Positions 31,201 to 39,975 of a stretch of 60,615 bases of DNA are shown one piece after another (position 1 is the stretch's first letter; the number at the start of each line of letters is the position of its first letter). Source of the DNA: Taibaiella helva (lineage in GTDB: Bacteria; Bacteroidota; Bacteroidia; Chitinophagales; Chitinophagaceae). Below the pieces are notes generated by a model. It was not told where the DNA came from and made no database searches. It worked only from the letters and a program-made list of their open reading frames with translations. The stretch covers positions 1-60,615 of the forward strand of contig JBEBVI010000001.1 in assembly GCA_040392805.1 (NCBI GenBank). Reading direction: 5' to 3'. Both the position numbers and the translations under genes were made by a program.

Positions 31201-31334
31201 ATGTACGGACTACTTTATATGCCGTACAATACCTGACACAGGCCGCTGCCGAAGCCGGAGATAAAGCTACTACCGAAAAATGGAACAAAGTGCTGATGTC
31301 TCTGTCGCAACAATCGGGCGTACCTTTGAGATAA
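28269..31334 (+). CDS. DUF2723 / TMEM260-like polytopic glycosyltransferase (GT-C fold)
   Basis: SFWDCGEF, HSPGAP, FSAVEAEVY, HLLNLL, RERDY and GDNDTYPLWY motifs; many TM helices. Confidence 0.85.
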   Translation: MNFKKINNITGWVVFAISFFVYLITMERTVSFWDCGEFLATAYKLEVGHSPGAPLFMLIGRLFGMFASPENVALSINSLSALMSALTILFLFWTITHFAKRILDHSGNELSSGNIISVMAAGVIGALAYTFSDTFWFSAVEAEVYATSSFFTAIVFWAILKWEHNADDAHADRWLVLISYLMGLSVGVHLLNLLTIPALAMVYYFRKYKPTLTGGITAFIIGCCLLGLVLVGMIQGIPILASKFELLFVNGFGLPFDSGALFFILLLAGLLTFLIIWAKKKGRYNLHLAVICVVFALIGYSSYVSIIIRSRADVPIDMTNPDDVLSLVSYLQRDQYGSQPIVTGPDFDSRPTGYKKGKAIYNETKNANGKDHYEQVGNRQSEPEYSASEKRFFPRIYSNQHENFYRQYLGVLETDRPTSADNYRFFFDYQINWMYWRYFMWNYAGRQNDFAGSGYGESQNGNWISGVKPIDKMLGKGDMDQMPDYYKNSRARNQYYFLPFILGIAGLVYQFNRNRKDGIIVGLFFFFTGIAVQLYINNTPMQPRERDYQYISTYAFAVWIGLGVLVVRDLINRAVRNTSTAAALAGVLCLVAVPVLMAQQNWDDHDRSKKTLARSTAYNVLSSCDSNAILFTIGDNDTYPLWYMQEIEGFRTDVRIINMSLLGIDWYIDQLNYKINDADAVPMLWSYTQYQANKRDLVLFQEDPRVPKDRYFELEQVLSLVTSDDKRMQAQVVTGEYYNTFPTKNLMLKVDRQAVLQSNLVQAADTSRIADHILFNINGNTLTKPQLAFLNILAAVAKEGWKRPIQFSCGFAGGGEYQGLEEYVQMQGLTNKLIPVRTPGSSPEIGAPQLVNLDKSLDLYLNKFLWGGTERKDVYFDEKNRTMLMTYRISGAKVAEALTREGRKEEAIRLLDKINANITYESYHYDQTMWSVIAAYFAAGARDKAVKYGDIVVRDSEKMMNYISNLPESKRDLSFKLDVRTTLYAVQYLTQAAAEAGDKATTEKWNKVLMSLSQQSGVPLR

Positions 31335-31352
31335 ACAAAACAGAAGCACAGC

Positions 31353-31390
31353 AAATGGGTATCATTTCTATAGTGATACCCATTTTTATT
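31353..31390 (+). terminator. Intrinsic terminator
   Basis: aaatgggtatca...tgatacccattt stem followed by a T-rich tract. Confidence 0.8.
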
Positions 31391-31445
31391 TATAGATAAG
31401 AAGTATTTTCGCACAGAATCGCAATTGCTTTAATAATTCTGTATA

Positions 31446-32288
31446 ATGAGAAAACTGTTTTTGCTGCCGGTGCTGCTATTGGCTATATCAACCGTATCCT
31501 GTTTAGATATCCGTATCAAAGAGCATAAAGAATGGAGTAAATATTTTGAAGAATTTGGGGTGGAGGGTTGCTTCGAATATTATGACAACAATAAGGAAAT
31601 AGCGCATTACTATAATAAAGAAAGATGTGCGGAACAAGTATCGCCTGCATCTACATTTAAAATATTCAATTCTTTAGTAGCCCTTGAAACATCGGTGGCC
31701 CCCGATGAGCAGATGGTGATCAAATGGGATGGTGTAAAGCGCTGGAACGAGGATTGGAACCGCGACCTTACTATGGCAGAAGCCTTTAAAGTAAGCGCCG
31801 TACCTTATTACCGGGAGCTGGCCCGCAGAATAGGAAGACAGTCCATGCAGCATTACCTGGACACAGTACAATACGGCAATAAAAAAATAGGGGATAGCAT
31901 AGATAACTTCTGGCTTAATAATACCCTCCTGATCTCGGCCGATGAACAGGTAGGATTTATAAAAAGACTCTACCACGGCGAGCTTCCTTTCAGCGAACGC
32001 ACACAACGTATCGTACGTGGCATGATGTTGCAGAAAAACGGGGAAAACTACCGGCTGTACTATAAAACGGGCTGGAACAATACTAACAACAATAACCTGA
32101 TATGGGTAGTTGGATATGTAGAGAAATTTTCGGAACTGAAGAATATCGAAACCAAAAAAGTGGAAGCGATACCACACCCTTATTTTTTCGCTTTACACTT
32201 CAGCACAACCGATACTACTAAAGACTTAAAGCAAATACGCACGGAGTTATTAGACAAATTACTCGAGGCAAACGATCTTAACCCATAA
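31446..32288 (+). CDS. Class D beta-lactamase-like (OXA family) lipoprotein
   Basis: PASTFK, SAV, YGN, FWL and KTG motifs; lipobox-like TVSC. Confidence 0.85.
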   Translation: MRKLFLLPVLLLAISTVSCLDIRIKEHKEWSKYFEEFGVEGCFEYYDNNKEIAHYYNKERCAEQVSPASTFKIFNSLVALETSVAPDEQMVIKWDGVKRWNEDWNRDLTMAEAFKVSAVPYYRELARRIGRQSMQHYLDTVQYGNKKIGDSIDNFWLNNTLLISADEQVGFIKRLYHGELPFSERTQRIVRGMMLQKNGENYRLYYKTGWNNTNNNNLIWVVGYVEKFSELKNIETKKVEAIPHPYFFALHFSTTDTTKDLKQIRTELLDKLLEANDLNP

Positions 32289-32313
32289 CAGCCCTGCACT
32301 TAAAACCAATAAA

Positions 32314-32973
32314 ATGAAGGTACATATCGCCCTGATCCTGTGCCTAAGCATAGCCTTACTCTGCTCCTGTAAAAAAGAAAACAAGCCCGGTAACAACGAG
32401 CAAACTCCGGAAAAAGATTCCCTCACGGTATATAACAAAGAAGGGCTTCCTTACCTGCCGGAAGATCCCGACCCTTACCGTGGCTTTACCGTTTATAATA
32501 TTCAGAAAGATAAAAATTATTGCGATAATAATGATTATCCTATATTGAGAGAAGTGGAGCAACTCAACTTCTTAGTGGTGTTCGACAGCTCCTGCATCTA
32601 TACAAATGTCCTGCCCGAAAACCAGGCGGATATCAATAAGCTGATGGGCTTTTCTGATTGTGAAACGCACCACCAGACTAACAGCGCCCGATTCGGCTGG
32701 AACTGGATGGACGGGAAATTATACCTCTACGCTTATTGTTACCGCGATAAAAACAGGATATATAAGAATCTTGGGCCTGTAGCGCTATATACCAAACATC
32801 ACCTCCGCTTATCTGTAACGGACTATAACTACATTTTCGAGGTGAACGGTAAGACGGATACCATGCCCCGGCATTGTAGCGGCAATAGTATTTACGGCTA
32901 CCAGCTATTGCCTTACTTCGGGGGTGATGAACCGGCCCCGCATGATATATGTATCCGTATAAAGTATCTGTAA
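32314..32973 (+). CDS. Hypothetical lipoprotein, beta-rich
   Basis: LLCSC-KKE lipoprotein signal; DINKL.GFSD, NSARFGW and PYFGG...APH segments. Confidence 0.75.
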   Translation: MKVHIALILCLSIALLCSCKKENKPGNNEQTPEKDSLTVYNKEGLPYLPEDPDPYRGFTVYNIQKDKNYCDNNDYPILREVEQLNFLVVFDSSCIYTNVLPENQADINKLMGFSDCETHHQTNSARFGWNWMDGKLYLYAYCYRDKNRIYKNLGPVALYTKHHLRLSVTDYNYIFEVNGKTDTMPRHCSGNSIYGYQLLPYFGGDEPAPHDICIRIKYL

Positions 32974-33137
32974 TGCAGAACAATAAAAAAGTGATATTAT
33001 TATACCAGCCAGCCGGCTATGTGTAGTGAATAAAACAACTTCCCTAAGAAGATGGGATTGTCCGGGTATACGACAGATTTCCGTTTTACAAAAAAAACGT
33101 CTTTGCGAAGCACGACTGCTTTTTCATTGTCAGATTA

Positions 33138-33281
33138 CTTCCTCCCGAAATCCTGCAGGAAGCTTCTCCCCAACCTTCCGCATAGACGGGGCAGGCTCTC
33201 CAGAGGAGGGAAACCTCCCGCGTTTTGGGAGAAAAATAATCATACCAATCAGGCAAATCACCAAAATCATAGTTCAGACAA
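33138..33281. repeat. Composite intergenic repeat debris
   Basis: cctcc...ggagg palindromic segment, then aatcaccaaaatcatagttcagacaa matching 39605-39637. Confidence 0.5.
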
Positions 33282-33613
33282 CTGCCGGACAGGTGACAAG
33301 CTCAGCCGGACAGACAATGAGCTGCTAATGGTGCAATGTATATTATATCAATATTCAAATAGTTGATATTCAATCATCATTTCAAAGAACTCAGCCTGAC
33401 AGGAGTTTTTAGACACCCTCATCTGAGCCGCAAGAGGTAAAGCGCACATTATATCGCTTATAAAAGCAGGAAATTATTTTGACACAGTACTATGTGAGCT
33501 CCTTATCATCAAAAAGCTTCCTTACACGTAGTAAATAATACATGTTGCGTAAAAGAGGCGCTAAGGCATTCAAATTATTGGGTTCTTTGAAACAAAATAA
33601 AACAGCAGCGCTT

Positions 33614-35266
33614 ATGAAAAAGTTTTTACTATTCGGTTTAATGATCAGCTTCTTACTGAGTTCTTGTAAAAAAGACAAAAATGATCAAACCAAGCCTGAT
33701 GAAAACAACTCTGGTCGGAGCTTAGGTTATACTCCTGATGATGACTTATCCAAAATTCCCGTAGGGACAAATTTCAGCTTTGGCAATACGAACCTTCCTG
33801 ATAAAGCAGACCTCACTGATAAATTTCCTCCTATTGGTGACCAGGGTGCATATGGTACATGTGTTGCCTGGGCTGTTGCTTACAATCTAAAAACCGCGCT
33901 CGAAGGAATGGAAAAGAACCTGGACAGAAATGCTCTTTCCAGTCCTTCAAACCAACTGAGCCCTGTGGATCTGTTTACCGCTATTCCGGACAATCAAAAA
34001 GGGGAAAACTGTAATGGCACTAACTTCGGGTTTGCTTTTGACGTGTTGCAAAAACGGGGAGTGGCCACCTTACAGACCGCGCCTTATTCACAAATAGGAA
34101 ATTGCACGCAAGCATCTTTGCAGCAAAGCTGGACGAGCAATGCCTCCGGCCATAAAATTAAATCATACCGGAAGATAGATGCTTCCGTAAACTCAATTAA
34201 ACAGTATATTGCCAAAAATATACCTATTGTATTCGGGGCGAAATTAGCCGATAATTTCATGACCTGGAATTCGGATAATGTCCTCAGTTCACATACAACA
34301 TTTACCCAGGTGGGGCAACATGCTTATCATGCGATGGTCATAAGTGGTTATGATGACGGGAAAGGCGCTAACGGAGCATTTAAAGTTATTAATTCCTGGG
34401 GGACATCGTGGGGCAGTAGCGGATATATCTGGATTGACTATAATTTTTTCATTAATACATTTTGTACAGATGGCTCCAGTGGCGCACCTTTGTTTATTGC
34501 AGATAACGGCAATAGCGACGGTAATGACGATACGCCGCCGGATAATAATCCCGGTGCTACAGGAGTGGATCTGGCAGCCTGGGTAGCAGGAGATATTTCT
34601 ACAAACAATGGTACAGAGCGATACATGGGAATCAATATATATAACATCGGAACCCAAACAGCTCCGGCATCTGCAAACTGGTCGTTGTATTACATATACT
34701 ACAATGCCTACAATGCAGATGATTATGGCATCATTACTTACGATGAATTTACAAATACCATCCCCAAGAATACGTTTAGAAATGTTTCAGCCAATCACGC
34801 TTTATTGAATTACGACATACCACCTCAGGGTAACCTGGCCCAGATAGTAATGGGCGCTCCTTATCTTGAGCGAACTTATTTTATGCCTCAAATATCCGGT
34901 TATTATTATCTGGTCATGATTGCCGATCTGGAAAATAAATTTCAGGAGGCCAACGGCATGAACAATATATTTTATACAACTACATATCCTATCCTTTTTA
35001 ACTATGGATTTGGCAGTAAAAACGGGCGGAGTGCATCTCCTCAACCTGAACAATTTACATTCAAGAACAATATGCAAGCCTCTGCCGAATTATTAAAATG
35101 GAATAAATTCAATACTGCTGTTACAGAAGAGATGCCCAATGCCTACAGGCCGGACGAAATAATCCGGTTAGTAGAACATAAGAAGAAAACGGGTGATTTA
35201 GATAGGAAAATAAATGAATACATCTTGTCCAGTCAGGATAAGGGCGGATTTAAAGTTTCTAAATAA
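33614..35266 (+). CDS. Papain-like (C1 family) cysteine peptidase lipoprotein with a C-terminal Ig/CARDB-like domain
   Basis: LSSC-KK lipobox; DQGAYGTCVAWA (Gln/Cys), YHAM (His), NSWG..WG..GY (Asn); start taken at MKKFL. Confidence 0.88.
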   Translation: MKKFLLFGLMISFLLSSCKKDKNDQTKPDENNSGRSLGYTPDDDLSKIPVGTNFSFGNTNLPDKADLTDKFPPIGDQGAYGTCVAWAVAYNLKTALEGMEKNLDRNALSSPSNQLSPVDLFTAIPDNQKGENCNGTNFGFAFDVLQKRGVATLQTAPYSQIGNCTQASLQQSWTSNASGHKIKSYRKIDASVNSIKQYIAKNIPIVFGAKLADNFMTWNSDNVLSSHTTFTQVGQHAYHAMVISGYDDGKGANGAFKVINSWGTSWGSSGYIWIDYNFFINTFCTDGSSGAPLFIADNGNSDGNDDTPPDNNPGATGVDLAAWVAGDISTNNGTERYMGINIYNIGTQTAPASANWSLYYIYYNAYNADDYGIITYDEFTNTIPKNTFRNVSANHALLNYDIPPQGNLAQIVMGAPYLERTYFMPQISGYYYLVMIADLENKFQEANGMNNIFYTTTYPILFNYGFGSKNGRSASPQPEQFTFKNNMQASAELLKWNKFNTAVTEEMPNAYRPDEIIRLVEHKKKTGDLDRKINEYILSSQDKGGFKVSK

Positions 35267-35283
35267 AATAACAGGGTACACGC

Positions 35284-36147
35284 ATGAGAAATAAACTGAT
35301 CACTATCGGGCTTATCATTGCATCCATATTATTCCAGGGATGCAATGATATGAAAGCCCAATCCACCTCAAATAAGGCTATTACCTTTACCAACAAGGTA
35401 TTTAAAACCACTTTCAGTTTTATAGATACCAGTTTAGCTACATACGAAGCAACCGGATTAGCCCGGGTACACTACCCATATGCCGTTAGCTTTAAAGAAT
35501 GTACGTTTGAGGGGGATGTGATCGCATTTCTGGAAACGAACATAAAAACTTTCAGAACCAGCTTTGGAGCACATCTTACATTTGATAACTGTACATTCCG
35601 CGGAGATGTAAATTTTAGGGGAAGCACCGTAAATGGTTTGATTAATTTCCAAAACTGCGTCTTCCATGGTAATGTTTCCTTCGAAGAAATAGAAAGCCGC
35701 TCTCATGCCTGGTTCTCGAAATCTTATTTCAAAGGTGAAACAAGATTTCATAATGCCCGTTTTAATGGTAAGGTTAATTTCATGGAAAGTATCTTCGATA
35801 GTGTTGTTTATTTTCAGGGGGCAAATTTCAGAGATGAAAGCCAGTTTAGCCTGGCTTCATTTTGGAAGTATGCCGATTTTACACTTTGCTATTTTGATCA
35901 GGCGGCCATTTTCAATTACTGCACATTTCACCATCAGGCTGTATTTAATAACAGCCGGTTTAACGACCGGATAGAATTTACCGGTACAACTTTTAAGAAC
36001 GAATTGTATATGAATGATTGCCGGTTTTTCGATTTTCTGAATACCCACAAAATGAACATAGAAAAAAACCTGCATCTGAATAAATCCTTTTTCTACCGCG
36101 GAGATCCGGTATTTTCGGATGAACTGGCTGCTAAAATCTTAAAATAA
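35284..36147 (+). CDS. Pentapeptide-repeat lipoprotein
   Basis: FQGC lipobox-like signal; regular F....F spacing (e.g. FHNARF, FQGANF, FNNSRF). Confidence 0.78.
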   Translation: MRNKLITIGLIIASILFQGCNDMKAQSTSNKAITFTNKVFKTTFSFIDTSLATYEATGLARVHYPYAVSFKECTFEGDVIAFLETNIKTFRTSFGAHLTFDNCTFRGDVNFRGSTVNGLINFQNCVFHGNVSFEEIESRSHAWFSKSYFKGETRFHNARFNGKVNFMESIFDSVVYFQGANFRDESQFSLASFWKYADFTLCYFDQAAIFNYCTFHHQAVFNNSRFNDRIEFTGTTFKNELYMNDCRFFDFLNTHKMNIEKNLHLNKSFFYRGDPVFSDELAAKILK

Positions 36148-36262
36148 CATAAGTTCGGTAACTACTTATGTGACAAGTTACCTATTTGACACAGCACTCT
36201 TATACTCCCAACCGTCTAATGTCCCCCAAAATAGCTATGGACTATGTAGTACGTAATGCTTA

Positions 36263-36979
36263 CTATCTTTTAAATAGCCGCTGGTTGACCTTGCTCATCA
36301 GCTCCTCTCTATAGCCTTTGCTGATTGGAATACGGGTATTATTATCTAAAAAAATATCGTGCGCATCTATTGCACGAATCGCCTTGATAGATACCAAATA
36401 GGATTTATGAGCGCGAATAAATAGTGAAGGCGGTAATTGTTCTTCTATGCTTTTAAATGTCAGGTAGACGATGTATTTTTTAACCTGTGTATGAATAATG
36501 ATATAATTAGACAGACCCTCCACATACAGTACATCTGCAATCATTACTTTCTCTATTTTCTGATTGCACTTTATAAAAAAGAAATCGTGATCAACACGTA
36601 GCGATGCGCTTCTTTTTTCTGAAAGGTTGTTCCTCGCTTTCATGGCTGCCCGTAAAAACCTGGGGAAACTGATAGGCTTTAATAAATAGTCCAATACATC
36701 CAGCTCATAACTTTCGATGGCATATTCGGGATAAGCTGTTGTAAATATTACCAGTGGCGAATCGGGTAAGTTTTTAATAAAATCCAAACCACTCAACCCC
36801 GGCATTTCGATATCAAGAAACAACACATCTACCGGCTGCCGGTGCAACCATTCTATAGCTTCGACAGTGTCTTTACATTCAGCAACGGGATGAATGAACT
36901 CAATCTGGCTGATGTGCTCTAAAATACCGGCACGCGCTATGGGTTCGTCGTCTATAATTAAAGCATTAATTTTGACCAT
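36263..36979 (-). CDS. LytTR family response regulator
   Basis: IIDDEP, LFLDIEMP, DYLLKP receiver; FIRAHKSYLV and IPISKGY LytTR domain. Confidence 0.92.
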   Translation of the reverse strand: MVKINALIIDDEPIARAGILEHISQIEFIHPVAECKDTVEAIEWLHRQPVDVLFLDIEMPGLSGLDFIKNLPDSPLVIFTTAYPEYAIESYELDVLDYLLKPISFPRFLRAAMKARNNLSEKRSASLRVDHDFFFIKCNQKIEKVMIADVLYVEGLSNYIIIHTQVKKYIVYLTFKSIEEQLPPSLFIRAHKSYLVSIKAIRAIDAHDIFLDNNTRIPISKGYREELMSKVNQRLFKR

Positions 36980-38036
36980 AATCTATCGTTAATATGGCTT
37001 CAAACATTTCTTTTCCCTTATTAATAGCTAATTCATGTCGACCGGGATACAATAGGGTCAGTCTCCTTTTAAGATTCTGAATACCTATTCCCCCGAAATT
37101 GACCAGATGTTTAGTAGCCACTTTTATATCGTATGTGTTCGTAATTTTAATTTTAAGCCTGCCTTTATACTCTTCTTCAATAATAACGTGAATACTGTTC
37201 TCCCGCTCGTTTTTATAATGGGAAACATGCTTAAATGCATTTTCCACTAAGGGCAGTATTAATAACGGCGCAATCTTAAACCCTTGTAAACCGGTGTTTA
37301 TATTTACGTTTATATCGGAACCCTGCTCAATTCTCTGACGCTGAATTTCGATGTAATTGTGAATATATGCAAGTTCCCGTTCAATTTCTATAAAGTTGTT
37401 TGTACATTCATACAACTGATAATGCAATAATTTTTCCAACTGAAGTAAAAATTCCCCGGCATCCATCTCGTCTGCTCCTAATTTACTTTCTATCACCTTC
37501 ACTGATCTGATTAAAAAATCAGGATTGATATGTGAACGCAAATATCTTAATTCATCGGATAATTTTTCTTTTTCTGCCAACTGTATAGATTTCAGCTTAC
37601 GCCGGTATTCTTCCCACAATCCGGCCGCAACAGCAATAATGGTTACAATTAAATTGTTGAAAAAATAAACGACAACCAGTTTTTTATAAGTTAAGAAATT
37701 ATACTGCAAAGAAGCATTATAAAAACTGTTCCGGTACCCTATTCCCGCAGTTACGGATATAAATAAGTTAATGACATACCACAGAGATAACGCCATCAGA
37801 AAGTACCAGATATTTCTTCTGACAAAATATTTGGGGAAAATAAAATCCCTGACCATATAAAATGTGCTTGCCACTAAAAAAAAACTAACAATGCCGCCGC
37901 CGATTTGAGGTAAGAGCCCAAGTCTCGAATCATAATTGGCAACGACTACATATACTGTATCAGCTGTCCAAATAACAATGTCTATTAATTTATACCTGAA
38001 AAGCCATTTCTTCTGACGTTCGTTTAGCGTAAGCAT
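36966..38036 (-). CDS. LytS-type sensor kinase with intact ATPase motifs but no canonical phospho-His
   Basis: RSHINPDFLIR in place of SQ.NPHFLFN; VENAFKH and GGIGIQN retained; about four TM helices. Confidence 0.85.
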   Translation of the reverse strand: MLTLNERQKKWLFRYKLIDIVIWTADTVYVVVANYDSRLGLLPQIGGGIVSFFLVASTFYMVRDFIFPKYFVRRNIWYFLMALSLWYVINLFISVTAGIGYRNSFYNASLQYNFLTYKKLVVVYFFNNLIVTIIAVAAGLWEEYRRKLKSIQLAEKEKLSDELRYLRSHINPDFLIRSVKVIESKLGADEMDAGEFLLQLEKLLHYQLYECTNNFIEIERELAYIHNYIEIQRQRIEQGSDINVNINTGLQGFKIAPLLILPLVENAFKHVSHYKNERENSIHVIIEEEYKGRLKIKITNTYDIKVATKHLVNFGGIGIQNLKRRLTLLYPGRHELAINKGKEMFEAILTIDYGQN

Positions 38037-38045
38037 GCCTGAATA

Positions 38046-39068
38046 TTAGTTAGCGTTATTAAGCCTTAAAGTAATAGTCGGCTGCAGTACATGTTCTGTT
38101 TGTGTCAATTCCACATAATCAGGATAAAACAATTTCAGCCTCTTTTCTACATTTGCCAAATCCGGTGTGCTCCCTGATGAATTGTTTTTATTTATGTCAA
38201 TAATAATGGTCAGCTCGGCCTCCTTATTCCTGATCAACAACAAATCTATAGGTTTGCCTCTGGCTAATAGTATTCCCGCTTCTACAGTATGCAAAAGCAG
38301 CATGGGCAATATATAAAATCCGGCAATATCCTTATCCGCTCTAAGCGTGATTTTTTGCTCCCCGACAGGGATCAGGCTGACATAATAGTTTAAATATTCC
38401 AGCTCTTTTTCGATGCAAATTTTATCTTTTCGACTTTCGTACAACTGATACCGCAGTATATCGGAAATTAATTCGAGCGTATTCCGGGCCTCTGTATTCT
38501 CTTTCTTAATTTTAAAATAGAGAATATTAAGGATATTAAAAAGAAAATGAGGATTCACCTGGGAACGTAAAAAATTCAGTTCTGTATTAATTTTTTCTTT
38601 TTCTATAGCAAACAGAAGTTTTTCGGCTTTCTTCTGGTCATAAAAAAGCACTCCTAAACAAGAAGATCCACAGGCAAAAGCCATTGACGCAAAATAACCG
38701 CCGGACTTAATATTCCTGAAATCTTCATTCACATTTAAGTGCGGCATTCCTCTTAACACATTTGTCCAATCCGCTAAGAATACAATCAGTACCGTAGCTC
38801 CGATACAGAGCATGATAAGCAGAAAAACGAATAACATCAACCTGTTTCGATAAAGAACGCAGGGGATCATCCATTCTGCCACAATATAAAAAACAACAAT
38901 GCTTAACAGGAAAATCAACGGAAGATTAAAATACTGTCCCGTTCTGAAGATATTGTAATTGAGGTAACCATAAGCAAACAACAGCATACTTACTAACATA
39001 ATCGCTAATTGTACCAACGATAAGCGCTCGCCTATTGTGCTTAGCAACCTCACATATTTTACTTTCAA
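38046..39068 (-). CDS. LytS-type sensor kinase with intact H-box but degenerate ATPase domain
   Basis: RSQVNPHFLFN intact; N-box reads VEAGILL and G-box reads STPDLAN; TTG start. Confidence 0.85.
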   Translation of the reverse strand: MKVKYVRLLSTIGERLSLVQLAIMLVSMLLFAYGYLNYNIFRTGQYFNLPLIFLLSIVVFYIVAEWMIPCVLYRNRLMLFVFLLIMLCIGATVLIVFLADWTNVLRGMPHLNVNEDFRNIKSGGYFASMAFACGSSCLGVLFYDQKKAEKLLFAIEKEKINTELNFLRSQVNPHFLFNILNILYFKIKKENTEARNTLELISDILRYQLYESRKDKICIEKELEYLNYYVSLIPVGEQKITLRADKDIAGFYILPMLLLHTVEAGILLARGKPIDLLLIRNKEAELTIIIDINKNNSSGSTPDLANVEKRLKLFYPDYVELTQTEHVLQPTITLRLNNAN

Positions 39069-39366
39069 CCCTGTTTCATTTTAGCACGAATATAGAGAAT
39101 ATTATCAAGTAAAAATATTGAATTGATTAGTGGGAAGAGCTACATAAATGGTTGTTCGTTCTTCTGGTAACCATATCGGAATAACATCCTACTCCGAAGC
39201 TTTGTCGGCATCTGCTCAAAGTTTACCTGTGGCAAGCACACACCCATTCTCCAAACTTAAAAATAAACGGTGGCTCCAACTCTTCCAACATAATGAACGG
39301 AGCCAAAAAGCGCTATCGTATTACCTGCCTGGGAAAAACGTTCATGAACAGCAGGTATACAAATAT

Positions 39367-39606
39367 GAATTTGAAATGCCGATTTATTATCGCGAACAAC
39401 AAATAGGAACAAGAAGAGTAGATTTTTTGGTAGAAAATATTGTTTCTGTTGAATTAAAAGCCATTACAAAATTGGAAGACGTACACTTGGCACAGGCAAT
39501 TAATTATTTGGAAGCTTATAATCTCGAAATCGGTACGCTTATCAATTTCGGAGAACAGAGTTTAATTTTCAAACGTTTGACTAACAAGAAATACAAATCA
39601 AAGTAA
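39367..39606 (+). pseudogene. 3' fragment of a GxxExxY (PD-(D/E)XK-like) gene
   Basis: EMPIYY....GTRRVDFLVE....VELKA....HLAQAINYL....G.LINFG present; N-terminal GxxExxY motif absent from the ORF. Confidence 0.78.
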
Positions 39607-39642
39607 TCACAGAAATCAACCAAATCATAGTTCAGATATATT

Positions 39643-39780
39643 AACGAAGAAGCCGTTTTGAAGCATCAGGGAAAAGTGTCGCACGAAGTGGCACTGGCAT
39701 TGGCAGAAACCGAATTTGAAAAATACAGAGTAATACAAGACCAAACTTTTGAAAGCGATTTTGACAAGACTATAAAATAA
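39643..39780 (+). pseudogene. C-terminal fragment of a RhuM-family gene
   Basis: Translates as NEEAVLKHQGKVSHEVALALAETEFEKYRVIQDQTFESDFDKTIK-stop; in-frame stop at 39628-39630 and no ATG. Confidence 0.7.
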
Positions 39781-39903
39781 ATGAAAAAGAGCAAATAAAT
39801 TCCCGATAGCTCAAGCTGGCACACGAATCGTGTGCAACGAAAGACAATCTCAGCTTTTTATAATTTTAAGATATCCGTATTACGCCCTTTTCGGGGACAA
39901 TGA

Positions 39904-39943
39904 GACAAAGGGGGGCACGGTATTCGATAACCGTCCCCCTGTC
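39904..39943 (-). terminator. Probable terminator after the delta-60 cargo gene
   Basis: ggggg(c)acggt...accgtccccc stem. Confidence 0.6.
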
Positions 39944-39975
39944 ATAATGCCGGTGACAATAGCTGGCAACCTGTT

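Noticed and set aside
33026-33366. ORFs 33026-33328 and 33052-33366
   Set aside because: They run through repeat debris and look non-protein-like.
33475-36198. tttgacacag(t/c)act on both sides of the peptidase-pentapeptide pair, as a target duplication or LytTR site
   Set aside because: Only 13/14 bp in AT-rich DNA, and no tandem repeat with LytTR-type spacing; chance cannot be excluded.
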